64,000 bases of DNA, taken from Selaginella moellendorffii. Its lineage: Eukaryota; Plantae; Lycopodiophyta. The notes beneath the pieces are model-generated. The model was not told where the DNA came from and searched no databases. It saw nothing but the letters and a program-made list of their open reading frames with translations. This document shows, piece after piece, positions 1 through 10,879 of the stretch. Position 1 is the stretch's first letter, and each line of letters starts with the position of its first letter. A program made the translations under genes and the position numbers. Location: assembly GCF_000143415.4 (NCBI RefSeq), contig NW_003314340.1, positions 1 to 64,000 on the forward strand. Reading direction: 5' to 3'.

Positions 1-1718
1 AAAAGACCACCCGTAAAGACCACAGCAGACGGCAGAGCACAGGACGGTAGATGCGATTGTTTAAACGTGTAGCTAAGCAGGACAGCGACAAAATCCTTGA
101 ATGCCCTCGCTAACGCCTCTCATTGTGTTGTGACAGAAGTCCAGAGAAGATGGCTTGGCTGGCCGGGATAGAGATTGGCAAGGGAGCTACAGAAAACTCC
201 AGAGCAAGGCTGGGATCTTCCTGGAAGTTTGAGACGAAGAACGTGTTACAACCCCAAGTAAGCTTTGCTTTCAGCACAGTTTTAAATGAAATCGATCGCT
301 TGCGCAAATTGCGAGATCATGGAACGTGATCGCCATGATGTTTGTTCCAGCGCCGGTAAAAAGGTACGAAGAGCTCTAGGACGAGACAAGACCGTGAAGC
401 TTAGAAAAAAGAAAAGCGAGAAAGTATGTGCTGGCTGGCTGTTTTGGAAGTAAGGCTGCGCGATCCAGCTCGTATTTCCATCGCCCAATTACACAGTGTA
501 AGCGGACAAGCTGGAAGGAATCGCCACGCCTCCATAGCTTAGCTCGCGACTAAAGAGCTTGATTTTTGCAGTGGAATTTTCCTCGTGAGAGGGGAATCGC
601 AAAGAGGTTGTGGACAAAAGAGCTCGCGAGAGATGGCTTTGGATTAAGGAGTAGCTGTGCAGCTCTGGTCGCTCTTTCACTCGGCGATGGCGACAAAAGC
701 TTTGTTTATGTCTTTGCTCCTGTCAGCTGGCTAAAGAGGAGATGGGAGAAATAAATGTACTGTAGCCATACGCTGGCTGGTACGTACGAGAGAATACGCT
801 AGAAAAAGTTCTCTACTATAGCTTGATCTCGGGCTTGATCTCGTGAGCTTTTCTTTTTATCGCGATGGTGACAAAGAAGAATTCTTTCTCCTCGTGATTG
901 ATCAAACAAGCTAGCTTTGGAAAGAGTTTTTTAAGGCGATCACATCGCTCTATAGAGAAGCTTGCCTGCCATTTGGAGCTGCTATAAGCTACAGAGCTAA
1001 TCAATATAGAGGCACCATGGAAATCCAAAGCGATCGAGATGATCGAGCGATGGATTGTGGTGGAGCGAGCAACAATCTGTCTCGACCATCCTGTGAACGA
1101 ACCACCGATCGAACGAACAAAACTAAGAACACCCACCAAACTTCCACGGGGGACCGGTTGCTCTCGTGCCTTTCGTGCTAGAAACCCACTGCAAACTTAC
1201 TACCCACTCGCGGGATTGATGGGAACGAACCTGTTATCCACGCCTAGATCTTTAAGAACTCCTGGCGAGACGCGACGGAAGCGTGGAGCTCGCCTGCCAG
1301 ATCTGCAAGACCCAAGTTAGAAACAGCCCAAGAAGGAAGAACGCCATGGATTTGGAGATCTGGAGATCTGGAGAGAACCAAAGTTCCTTATTGATGCCAG
1401 AGTGTGGCAAAAGAAGAGATGCTACAAATGCCCGCCAGGAACGAAGCTACATTAGAGAATGTAGCTTCCCGCGAGCCCCCTCGTCGCCCCCGCAAGATCT
1501 AAAGAGCCTAACTAGACCCACAAACCAAAAGAGAGAGAACATACCCAACCAAGAGAGAGAGAGAGAACCTCTTCACAGTAGCAAGAATGCTGGCTGGAAA
1601 CCCAATAGAGATCTCGAAGAACAAGCATCGGCTATGAAGCGATCGATCCCTCCGCCCTCTTGATCCGAAAGTCTTTTATGACGAACACACCAAAGACGAG
1701 TTTTCTTTCTTTTCTTTC

Positions 1719-1763
1719 TTGCTGCCACTGCTGCTGCTGCTGCTGCTGCTGATACTGCTGCTG
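1719..1763. repeat. Imperfect (CTG/CAG)n trinucleotide microsatellite, with nearby GA/CT tracts (about 1530-1566 and 1790-1815)
   Basis: Directly visible gctgccactgctgctgctgctgctgctgctgatactgctgctgcc. Confidence 0.9.
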
Positions 1764-1909
1764 CCGAGCTGATAGATTGACCGAGAAGATCGAGAGAATA
1801 GAGAGAGGAGAGAGCGCGACGAGAACAATTTTTTTTTCTTTTCCACTTTCATTTCAAAGAGAGACCTCGAACGAACGAACGAGCGACGAAGGAAGAATGA
1901 TCATGATCA

Positions 1910-2134
1910 TCAGTAAGTGTGGTATGGATCCTGCGTGAGCAATTGCCGGGTCGCGTGCTCCAAGCGGCTGCCAAGATCCAGGACTTGCTGCTGCTGCTCC
2001 AGGCTGAGATCGTCCACCTCGAGGCCGCCGCCACCAAACGACTTGGTCAGGCGCGCGGCCTCCGCCACCGCCAGCAACACCACCACCAACATCACCACCG
2101 CGAGCACCTTGTTCAGCACCTTCCCGGCCTCCAT
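1910..2134 (-). CDS. Small secreted peptide precursor (74 aa): signal peptide, acidic/Gln-rich prodomain, RQLL site, C-terminal TQDPYHTY
   Basis: ATG in good context (gagaaATGG), GC3-rich codons, basic n-region plus hydrophobic h-region (VLAVVMLVVVLLAVA) and A-E-A/ARL cleavage, tandem stops TGA TGA, intronless. Confidence 0.8.
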   Translation of the reverse strand: MEAGKVLNKVLAVVMLVVVLLAVAEAARLTKSFGGGGLEVDDLSLEQQQQVLDLGSRLEHATRQLLTQDPYHTY

Positions 2135-3229
2135 TTCTCCGCTTCCTGGATGATGGGCGATTCGATCTGCTCTGGAAAAGAGGGGAGAGAGAGCTCTCGA
2201 GCTCCAAACACCTGTGAGAGTGAGAGAGAGATCTAGCTCGCTCGAAGAACAAAAGTGAGAGAGAAAGAGATCGTCTTCTTCTTCGCTTGCTTCCCTGATT
2301 TGCTTTGCTCGCTTTGATCCTTCACTCTAGCTAGAACTTTGGCGTGGTGCGCGCGAGCTCTCGAGCTCTCGAGCTCTTTTCTTTCAGAGGGTTAAAGCTA
2401 TGGTGGTATTAAAGCCAGAGGAGAATGGAGAAAAAGCAGCGAGTCCAGCGAGGAAGGGTGGTCGCTTTGTGTGTTTTTGTGGCCATTAAACGCGTCGTCG
2501 CGTGGTGTCGGTCACCGCGGCGCCGGTCGCACGGCAGCCGCGGCGTACGGAAGACGCGGCAAAACCAGAGGAATCCGAGGCGAATATGCCTGGCATGATT
2601 CTCTTCAGAGCATAGGATGCTTGCTCTGACCCCGTGTGTTTGTGTTTTTCCTGTGCATGATTGCGTAATTGATCCGTTCATGGGTAGGGAGGGCTTTCTT
2701 GTTTCGCCACCTTTTCTCGCGTCATGAAACATTGTTGTAATCATAGGGATCACGCTATGATGTGAATGGTTTGTTTTTTTTCGCGCCAAGCAAACGTGAG
2801 CGAGTGGATCACGCGTGTTCGATCGCGGTGACTTTTGGAACCCTTCCCATGCAACTTCTCGCGAGTGGCGTTGTTTTGATTGTTTCAATCAGCCGGGAAA
2901 AGAACCTTGACTTGATCCAACTCTCGTGCACGTTGTTTCACGAGATCGCGGTTTCCGGAGATCTTCTTGTTTACCATTTCCCTTCGCGAACTTCTAGAAG
3001 CCACCTGGCCAAGTTTCTAATTCTATATCGTGGGATCCCCCGGGGCAACAGTTGGCTCTTGCCGATCAATCGCACTAGCAATAGCATCAACAAAAGAAGA
3101 ACATTTCTAAACAAAAACAAAAACCGGGCGCTCCAGCTACTTCTTAATGGCCTTTGTGGTTGTCAGCCACCATTCCTTGAGGAATTGGCCCGGCCTCTTT
3201 TTTTTTCGATGCTCGACAACTTTGGCAGC

Positions 3230-3460
3230 GTGTACGGAGGAACATGACGCCGCGCGGTGTACGGCAAACCGCAGTGCGGTCACTGTGCCGTCCGCCCGCC
3301 GGACGCACACCTAGCCGGTCGCAGGGAATGGCCATCACCGCCAGCTGGCGAGCAGCAGGCCTTTAACTTTCGGCAGTGTACGGCCAAAACACTATTAAGT
3401 GGCGCACAGCTGGCGGGCAGACAGTTGGCATCGTTAAGTCGAAACTGGGCCGGTGACGTG
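3230..3460. promoter_or_regulatory. Cluster of putative cis-elements: three GTGTACGG (CCGTACAC on minus; SBP/SPL-type GTAC core), CAGCTG/CAGTTG boxes and ACGTGGC (ABRE/G-box-like)
   Basis: GTGTACGG at 3230, 3257 and 3376; another CGTACGG at 2544; GACGTGGC near 3454. Function is inferred only. Confidence 0.45.
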
Positions 3461-3510
3461 GCCTTTGCGTGCGTGGGTTCGAATCCCTAGACGTTTATTA
3501 GGGCTTATGG

Positions 3511-5538
3511 TTATTGTCCGCCACCTTTGAGCGAGGCAATCAGTTTCTTCACGCGGGCGACGTCGTCCCATCGGTTCAGCGTCGCGTACATGTTTGACAG
3601 GGAAATGTATGGACCGGCATTGCCGGGTTCTCGATCGATTGCTTTGGCTGCTACTCGCTCGGCGCGATCTACGTCCTTGTGGTTGCAAGATGCCCCGAGG
3701 AGGGATGTCCATGCCACGGCGAACGGGTGAAAGGGCAGGGTTTCGATCAGGGCCTCGGCTTCTTGCAGCCATCCTGCTTTGGCGAGCATGTCAATAAGGC
3801 TACCGTAGTGTTCTTCCTTGGGCTGGATGTTATGGTCGGATACCATGGAATTGTAGTAGTATATGCCATCCTCGACCAGGCCGGCGTGTGTGCACGCCGT
3901 GAGGACTCCCAAAAGTGTTACCTGGTTGGGCTTGGTGCCTTCCAAGTCCATCTTTTGGTAGAGCTCGAGGGCTTCGGTGCTATGCCCCTGTTGAGCATAC
4001 CCTGCAATGGTGCAAGTCCAGGAGATCTGGTTTGGAGTGGGCATTCTGTGAAAGAGGGCGATAGCGTCTTGCATGCTCCCACATTTGGTGTAAAGATTCA
4101 AGAGAGCGTTGCAGAGAGAAGTGTCTTGTTCGTCAAATCCAAGCGATGCGGCACGCAAGTGGATGAACTTTCCATCTTGCAGTGATCCGATCGATCCCAA
4201 TGCCTCGAGCAAAACCATAAAGGTGACGCCGTCGGGCTTGATGCCCTCGAGATCCATTTGGTGGAATAGCTCGATCGCGGCGTTGCTATCTCCAGCCTGG
4301 GCATACGCCGTGATCATTGTGTTCCAGGCAATCACACCCGGACTCGAGAGCTTTTCGAAAGTTTCCAAAGCTTTTGCAACGCTACCACACTTGGCATACA
4401 TGTTTATCAAGCTGTTGCTCACGAGAGCGTCAACCTTTACAGACGATTCAAGGATTTTCTCGTGAATCAAAACTCCTCGATCGAGATCGCCCACATTCGC
4501 GCAAGCCTCGAGGGCACTCAAGAAGACCGGCGTGTCGAGATCCAAAGGTGGCGACGACGATCCAATAGCCTCAAAGAAGAGCTCCAATGCCTCCTTGCTA
4601 TGCCCATTCTGGGCATATGCCGAGATCATAGCCGTCCACGTCACCCTCGTTCTTCGTTCCATGGCATCAAACACACGGCGCGCCATGGCGGCGCTCCGGC
4701 ACCGCCCGTACAGGCTAACCAGCGCGTTCCGTACGGCGATATCGCCCTCGAATCCAGCCGCGGCGGCGCGCTCCTGGACGAATTTGCCGCGATCGATCGA
4801 CTGAATGCCGGCGATCGCGTTGAGAAATGTGATCCTGTTGTGCCGGACGCCATCCAGATCCATCGCGCGAAAGAGGAACAGCACCAAATCCTCGCGCCCG
4901 AGCCGGGCGTAAGCGCCAATCATCGCGTTCCAGGAGACGAGGGTCTTCTCCTCCATGGCGTCGAAGATGGATCGCGCCAGCTCCAGCGCGCCCAATCGCG
5001 CGAAGGAATCGAGCATCACGTTGTCGAGGACGAGATCGCGGGCGCTGCTGGCGGTGGCCCTGGCGTGGATCGAGCGGAGGAGGGGAAGATCCGCGGTCCC
5101 AGCCGCGGCGATGGCGACGAAAGTGGATCCATTCGGCTTGACGCCCTCGTGATCCATTCTTCGCAGGAGATGGATCGCTTGCGCCAGATGCCCGTTCTGG
5201 GCATATGCTGCGAGCATGATTGTCCAGCTAAAGACGTTGCGATGCGCGATCCCATCGAAGACCAGGCGCGCTTCCTCGAGGCTGGAGCACTTGCCATACA
5301 TCTCCACCAGGAGATTGAGAAGGAATGTGTCACTGGAGGAATGCGTGGAGATCAGGGACGAGGAGGAGGTGATGTGGGCGTGAATCCGGCGCCCCTGCTC
5401 GATCGCCCTGGCATTGCTGCAGCGCTTGACGATCCAGGCACACACCCCCCTGTCGCTGCTGGAATCGAGGCGCTGGATGTCCTCGTCGATTCGATCCAGG
5501 CAGCGCCGGCTCAAGACGTGCTCATCGCTCTTGAGCAT
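3511..5538 (-). CDS. PLS-class PPR protein with C-terminal E domain, no DYW (PPR-A)
   Basis: Intronless ORF with P/L/S motifs (NVFSWTIML, MYAKCGS, HAGLVEDG, HYGSLIDML, WTSLLGAS). First ATG at 5538; the ORF track starts at an upstream TTG (5547). Confidence 0.93.
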   Translation of the reverse strand: MLKSDEHVLSRRCLDRIDEDIQRLDSSSDRGVCAWIVKRCSNARAIEQGRRIHAHITSSSSLISTHSSSDTFLLNLLVEMYGKCSSLEEARLVFDGIAHRNVFSWTIMLAAYAQNGHLAQAIHLLRRMDHEGVKPNGSTFVAIAAAGTADLPLLRSIHARATASSARDLVLDNVMLDSFARLGALELARSIFDAMEEKTLVSWNAMIGAYARLGREDLVLFLFRAMDLDGVRHNRITFLNAIAGIQSIDRGKFVQERAAAAGFEGDIAVRNALVSLYGRCRSAAMARRVFDAMERRTRVTWTAMISAYAQNGHSKEALELFFEAIGSSSPPLDLDTPVFLSALEACANVGDLDRGVLIHEKILESSVKVDALVSNSLINMYAKCGSVAKALETFEKLSSPGVIAWNTMITAYAQAGDSNAAIELFHQMDLEGIKPDGVTFMVLLEALGSIGSLQDGKFIHLRAASLGFDEQDTSLCNALLNLYTKCGSMQDAIALFHRMPTPNQISWTCTIAGYAQQGHSTEALELYQKMDLEGTKPNQVTLLGVLTACTHAGLVEDGIYYYNSMVSDHNIQPKEEHYGSLIDMLAKAGWLQEAEALIETLPFHPFAVAWTSLLGASCNHKDVDRAERVAAKAIDREPGNAGPYISLSNMYATLNRWDDVARVKKLIASLKGGGQ

Positions 5539-5673
5539 CGCCCTCAATGATCCAGAGCGCTAGAGATTGCACTAGACATGCTTGATCGCACGGAAGATCT
5601 CCATGCCAGCGTCGAGCGATGGCTGGATTTGCCAAGAACATAGCTTCCATTGTCAAACTATGACAAGTGATCC
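5539..5673. promoter_or_regulatory. Putative bidirectional promoter (135 bp) between head-to-head PPR genes
   Basis: ATGs at 5538 (-) and 5674 (+), with in-frame stops just upstream of each. Confidence 0.55.
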
Positions 5674-8121
5674 ATGGATGGCTACTTGCGGGAGATCCAA
5701 GGCTGTGCCTCGCTCGATCGCGCGAGAGATCTCCACGCCAGCGTCGACCGCTCGCTGCGATCTGGGGATATCTTCCTCGGCAACAAGATCATCGAGATGT
5801 ATGGACGCTGCGGCAGTCCCGGCGATGCCAGCAGCGCCTTTCGATCCATGCCGGTTTGGGATTCCTTCACTTGGAATCTCTTGCTTGGTTCTCATTGCAA
5901 GAATCGCGATTTGGAGGGCGCTCGAGATGTTTTCGATGGCATGCCCAGCGCGGCCAAGGACATGGTGTCGTGGAACACGATTTTTTCTGCATATGCCCGC
6001 TCGGGGCAACTGTCGGTGTGTCGGGAGATATTTGGAAAAATGCCGGGAAGAGATCTTGTGTCGTGGAACACAATGATTGCTGTCTCTACGCAAGCGGAAA
6101 CTACGGACCATGCAAAGGGAATCTTTGATGAGATGAAAGAGAAGAACTTGGTGTCTTGGAACTCTCTTCTTGCGGTATATGCCCGAGCGAGGCATTGGCA
6201 AAACGCTAAGGCGGTCTTTTTGGCAATGCCGCTGCGGGATTTAGTCGCCTGGAACTCATTGCTGGCTGCGAGCAAAGATCTCAAGGATGGAGTTCATGTT
6301 TTCTTGCATGAAATGCCGGAGTATGATCAAATCTCTTCGAACGCAATGCTAGATGTTTATGCTTCTAATGGGCATGTTGAAGAGGCCAGGGAGTTTTTTA
6401 CTGCGATGCCTTCTCGAGACGTGGTGTCTTACACGACACTTCTTTCGCTAAATGCCGAGGCTGGGGATATAGAATTTGTGGAAAAGACTTTTGCCGTCAT
6501 GCCAGAGTATAATTCTGCTTCCATGAACGCTATGACTCGTGTGTATGCGCGAAGTGGTCATGTAGATGAAGCCAGGAAGGTTTTTGATGAGAACCAATCA
6601 ATAAACTTGATCTCCTGGAACACGCTTCTCACGGCATATGCCCAAAAAGGGTATACTTCGGAAGCAGAGAGCATCTTCAAAGAGATGCCGAAGAGAAATC
6701 TGGTGTCTTGGAACGCAATGCTTGCGGGATATGCCCACTTTGGGTATGTCAAAGAAGCAAAGCTCTTATTCGATGATTTTCCAAAGCGGGACTTGGTAAC
6801 CTGGAACATTATGCTTTCTGCTTTTGCACAAAGCGGGTATTTGGAGGAATCAAAAAAAGTATTTGATGAGATGCCACAGCAAAACGTGGTGTCCTTGACG
6901 ACACTGCTGGGACTCTATGCCCAACAAGGACGCATGCAAGATGTTAAGACATTGTTTGAAAAGGTGGTGGAGTGGGATCTTGTTTCATGGACGTGCATGT
7001 TGATCATTTTAGCCGAGAACGGCGAGCTAGACGAGGCAAAGAAACTGTTTGATAGGTTGCGCGAACGGGATTTAGTGTGTTGGAACGCCATCCTTCGTGC
7101 CTACTCTCGCCATGGCCAGGTGTTAGAGGTGGAAAAGATTTTCCAGCAAATGCCACAAAAGGATCTCACGTCTTGGAATGCGGTTCTAGCTGCGTACTCT
7201 CAAACTGGAGGTTTTGAAAAAACCGAGAGGATGTTTGGACAGATGCCTCAGTGGGATGTTCTAAGCTGGAACTCACGCATGGATGCTTTCGTCCAAGGTG
7301 GTCATTTAAAGAAGTCGGAAGAAATCTTTGATCTGATGCCAGAGAAAGATCAGTTTTCGTGGAATCTCATCCTCGCCGTGTGGATTAAGCTCCATGGTTT
7401 GGAGAAAGCGAAACACGTATTTGATTCAATGCCTTTTAGAAATGTTGCCTCGGGAACGATGATGATATCTGCATATGCCCACGATGGGCATCTTGATCAA
7501 TCACTCGTGATGCTCAGCGTCATGCCTCAAAGGAACGCCTTCACGTGGAATGTGATGCTAGGAGCTTATACTCAGAATGGGAATATGCTCGCTGGAGAAG
7601 CACTTTTTGAGACACTGCCGGAGGAGAACTTAGTGTCATGGGGTGTTCTTCTCGCTGGTTACACCAACAGTGGCAACCATGCAACAAGCTTGGATGTATT
7701 AAATCGCTTGAAGATGATCCATGTTCCGGAAGAGACGTGTTTCGTCACAGCTTTGATCTCGTGTAGCTACCTAGGAAGGATTGAAGAGAGCAAATCGTGC
7801 TTCCTGTCCATGACGCTCGATTATCACATCAATCCCAGCAAGCAGCACTACTGCTGTATCGTAAGCGTCCTCTGCCGCTCGGGGCATCTGAATGATGCTG
7901 TGGAGCTTGTCTCGAGCATGCCTTTCCATCCCGATAGGATGGAGTGGACGTGCTTGCTGGGAGCTTGCAAGAACTTTAATGATCTTGCTAGGGGAGCTAA
8001 AGTTACTAGCCAAGTTCTTGCACTTGATCCAGGTCGTGAGACATCATATGTGCTGCTCGCAAACATATTTGAATCGTCTTTGAAACCGATGATCACTGAC
8101 CGAGCTAGAGCTCGACCATAG
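5674..8121 (+). CDS. PLS-class PPR protein with a long run of 31-aa S/SS motifs and E domain, no DYW (PPR-B)
   Basis: 815-aa intronless ORF with repeated MPxRDLVSWN-type motifs; ends HYCCIVSVLCRSG...WTCLLGAC. Confidence 0.93.
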   Translation: MDGYLREIQGCASLDRARDLHASVDRSLRSGDIFLGNKIIEMYGRCGSPGDASSAFRSMPVWDSFTWNLLLGSHCKNRDLEGARDVFDGMPSAAKDMVSWNTIFSAYARSGQLSVCREIFGKMPGRDLVSWNTMIAVSTQAETTDHAKGIFDEMKEKNLVSWNSLLAVYARARHWQNAKAVFLAMPLRDLVAWNSLLAASKDLKDGVHVFLHEMPEYDQISSNAMLDVYASNGHVEEAREFFTAMPSRDVVSYTTLLSLNAEAGDIEFVEKTFAVMPEYNSASMNAMTRVYARSGHVDEARKVFDENQSINLISWNTLLTAYAQKGYTSEAESIFKEMPKRNLVSWNAMLAGYAHFGYVKEAKLLFDDFPKRDLVTWNIMLSAFAQSGYLEESKKVFDEMPQQNVVSLTTLLGLYAQQGRMQDVKTLFEKVVEWDLVSWTCMLIILAENGELDEAKKLFDRLRERDLVCWNAILRAYSRHGQVLEVEKIFQQMPQKDLTSWNAVLAAYSQTGGFEKTERMFGQMPQWDVLSWNSRMDAFVQGGHLKKSEEIFDLMPEKDQFSWNLILAVWIKLHGLEKAKHVFDSMPFRNVASGTMMISAYAHDGHLDQSLVMLSVMPQRNAFTWNVMLGAYTQNGNMLAGEALFETLPEENLVSWGVLLAGYTNSGNHATSLDVLNRLKMIHVPEETCFVTALISCSYLGRIEESKSCFLSMTLDYHINPSKQHYCCIVSVLCRSGHLNDAVELVSSMPFHPDRMEWTCLLGACKNFNDLARGAKVTSQVLALDPGRETSYVLLANIFESSLKPMITDRARARP

Positions 8122-8385
8122 ATGAGGTTTTTATAAGCATTGGACTTAGCTTCGTTGGACGGAGGTATAGCAACGACCTTTGAACCGTGGTCTATGTGAC
8201 GTCTGATTTTACTGATACCATTGATTTTTTTCTTCCAGGTAAGAACTAGAAGGATTTCACGAAGCAACTGATATACTATATGAATCTCATGAGTTGGGAT
8301 TTTATGGAGGGATCCACAGGACCATCCTTTTAAAAAGAGATCAAGCTAGGAGTTGACTGGAGAACAATTCTATGCTGGAAACGCC

Positions 8386-10829
8386 ATGGCGTTTGCAGCG
8401 TCGGCTCCAGCAGTGTCATCGAGACGGCACTACAACCAAGGCCTTGATTCTGCTCGCTGCATAGTTCGATCCAGGATATCATTTCTCAAGCTTCGCCGAG
8501 TGAATGCTATAGCTCTGGAAGCAGCAGTGAAAGAAGATCCGGAGCAGTTGTCCCCATTGATAACACCAGTAAGTCTCTTGGATTCACATTGAGCTCTCAT
8601 TTTCCTTGTCTTTGCAGAAACGAACTACAGACTTTCAAACACTCTTTCGGAGATTTTGCAAAGTTGCTCAACCTTACTGGCTCGACTCCAAGGAGGGAAA
8701 CCAGGCAATCCTCCGGTTAGCGAGTGTTTTTGCTCTTACGCTTGCTTCCACGGGGACGAGCGTGGCATTTAGCTACCTTGGAAGGAGTTTTGACAACGCT
8801 TTGACAAGTAAGTGTGTCCAGATCTATCAGATTTCTTTAAACTTTTCTCCAGGTAAGAATCGAGAGGAGTTTGTCAAGCAGCTGATCTATTATTTGGGGC
8901 TTATGGTCGCAGCACTTCCAGTAAGTCGTTTGAATGTTTGTGCCTTTTTCAGCGTGTAGTTAACTCGCTTGTCTTCGAGGTTTATGTAATCCGCGGATAC
9001 GCACGAGACACTCTTGCTCTTCGATGGCGATCTTGGATGACGAAACGCTACATGGCTCAGTATTTTTCTCAGAGATCCTACTATAACATTCAATCTCTGG
9101 CACTCATGGACAATCCAGATCAGAGAGTTGTGGACGATATCGGCTCGTTCACTCGCACGGCACTTATATTTACCATGACTTTGTTCCATTCCATCACCGA
9201 TCTGGCGTCTTTCAGCGGAATTCTATACAGGATTTATCCACCACTGTTTGGTGTCTTGCTTGTTTACTCCATTGGTGGCACTGGAATTAGTTTCCTACTT
9301 GGAAAGGTATGATTTTCATCTTTTTGTTTTCAGCGAGTTCGTTCTGTTTCCTTGCAGGATCTCATGAACTTGAATTTCGTCCAAGAAAAGAGTGAGGCAG
9401 ATTTTCGATTTGGATTGGTAAGAGTTCGAGAAAATGCAGAGTCCATCGCGTTTTATGGGGGAGAAAAGGATGAGCTTCAGTTGCTGCTGGAACGTTTTAA
9501 GCAAGCTTTTTCCAACTACAGTGTAAGTTTTGCTGGTTTTTCCATTGTCATTCTTTCGACAGTGTAAGCTACTGCATTGTCTTTGCAGAAACTACTCATA
9601 GCTTCGCGAAACCTAAGATTTTTCCAAATTTTTTACACCAACTTGATCCAAATCCTGCCCGCCGCCGTGGTGGCTCCGTTCTACTTTGCTGGAAAAGTCG
9701 ACTTTGGGATCGTCAGTCAGTCTTTCCATGCTTTCAGCTCCGTTCTCTACGACCTCTCCTTGGTCGTGGAGGAGTTTCAATCGCTTAGTTCCTTCTCCGC
9801 GGTTGTAGATCGCCTTGGTACAATTTCCTTCGTTTGCTTGGTTCTCTTCGACCTACCTTTACATTCACAGGTGAATTCAGTGACATATTGGATCAACAAG
9901 GCGTAATGAATGCTTCGGAGCTAAGCACCATCAAATCGATCGAGACCACGGAAAGCGAGGTTCTTATAGAAGTTTCGACCTTGACACTGTTGTCTCCTCA
10001 ACACACACTGACTCTTGTCGAGGGGCTCTCTTTCAGGATGATCGCTGGACAAAATCTTCTGGTCTGTGAATTTCTCAAAGTTTCTTCGTTGCTATCAGAT
10101 GAATAACTCGGGTTTAAGACCAGGTAACTGGCCCCAGTGGAAGTGGCAAGACATCGTTCTTAAGAGCTATCGCAGGACTATGGAAATCCGGGCAAGGAAC
10201 CATAGCAAGAAACTCTACCATGGATGTATTCTTCGTGCCGCAAAAGCCATACATGACTCTTGGAACACTCCGGCAACAATTGCTATATCCAACTTGGAGC
10301 ACAGACGAGGAGAAAAAACACGATCAAGGTAGCGAGAATTTTTGGTCTTTTACACGTGAATCTATCACAAGTGTGCTCTCATGATCCAGAATCCAAGCAC
10401 AGCGATGCCGACTTGATGGAAATCTTGCGTAGAGTGAAGCTTGAACAGCTCCTGGAACGCTCGTTTCACTTGGACGCGAATGCCGACTGGTCCAGTGTCT
10501 TGTCACTGGGAGAGCAACAGCGCCTGGCTTTTGCTCGATTGCTTCTATCAAAACCAAAGCTTGCGCTCCTGGATGAAGCAACCAGTGCCATAGACGAAGC
10601 AACTGAGGTAAAAGCTTGTCTCTTTGGTTCTCTTCTAAGATCTAGTCACTCTACGCAGGCTTACTTGTATCGACTTCTCCTAGAATCGGGAACTTGTGTG
10701 ATGAGCGTTGGGCATCGCAGCACGCTTCGCGAATTCCACACACACTTGCTTTTCTTTTCCCCGCAAATCTCCGGGACGAGTATCTCGGAGTGGTCATTAC
10801 AAGACCTTCCTCAAAGAACCAACTTTTAG
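8386..10829 (+). CDS. ABCD2: ABC subfamily D half-transporter, ABCD2/YddA-like, probable plastid transit peptide (copy 1, multi-exon)
   Basis: Spliced exons give DNPDQR, the EAA region EADFRFGLVRVRENAESIAFY, Walker A GPSGSGKT, PQKPYM, signature LSLGEQQR, Walker B LLDEAT and SVGHR. GT-AG introns of about 45-60 nt; Ala/Ser/Arg-rich N-terminus. Confidence 0.88.
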
Positions 10830-10879
10830 TAGCAATAGTTCTTCGTCCATTGAAGTGAATAAGTGGAAGACTGGCCATG

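Noticed and set aside
170-192. TTGGCAAGGGAGCT resembling miR159/319 or its target site
   Set aside because: Needs a 3-nt gap in the 5' pairing region, and no hairpin partner was seen.
370-395. miR390/TAS3-like site (cttgtctcgtcctagagctc on minus)
   Set aside because: Too many mismatches, and no tasiARF sequence nearby.
80-880. Several TGTC/GACA auxin-response-like cores
   Set aside because: Only one exact TGTCTC; the modest 4-mer excess cannot be distinguished from chance by eye.
1854-2252. Alternative overlapping ORFs (Gly-rich 132 aa, His-rich 105 aa)
   Set aside because: Other frames or strand of the peptide gene with non-ATG or weak starts; composition is explained by its codon bias.
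4462-5550. 362-aa plus-strand ORF
   Set aside because: Antisense shadow of the GC-rich PPR-A coding sequence; no domain signal.
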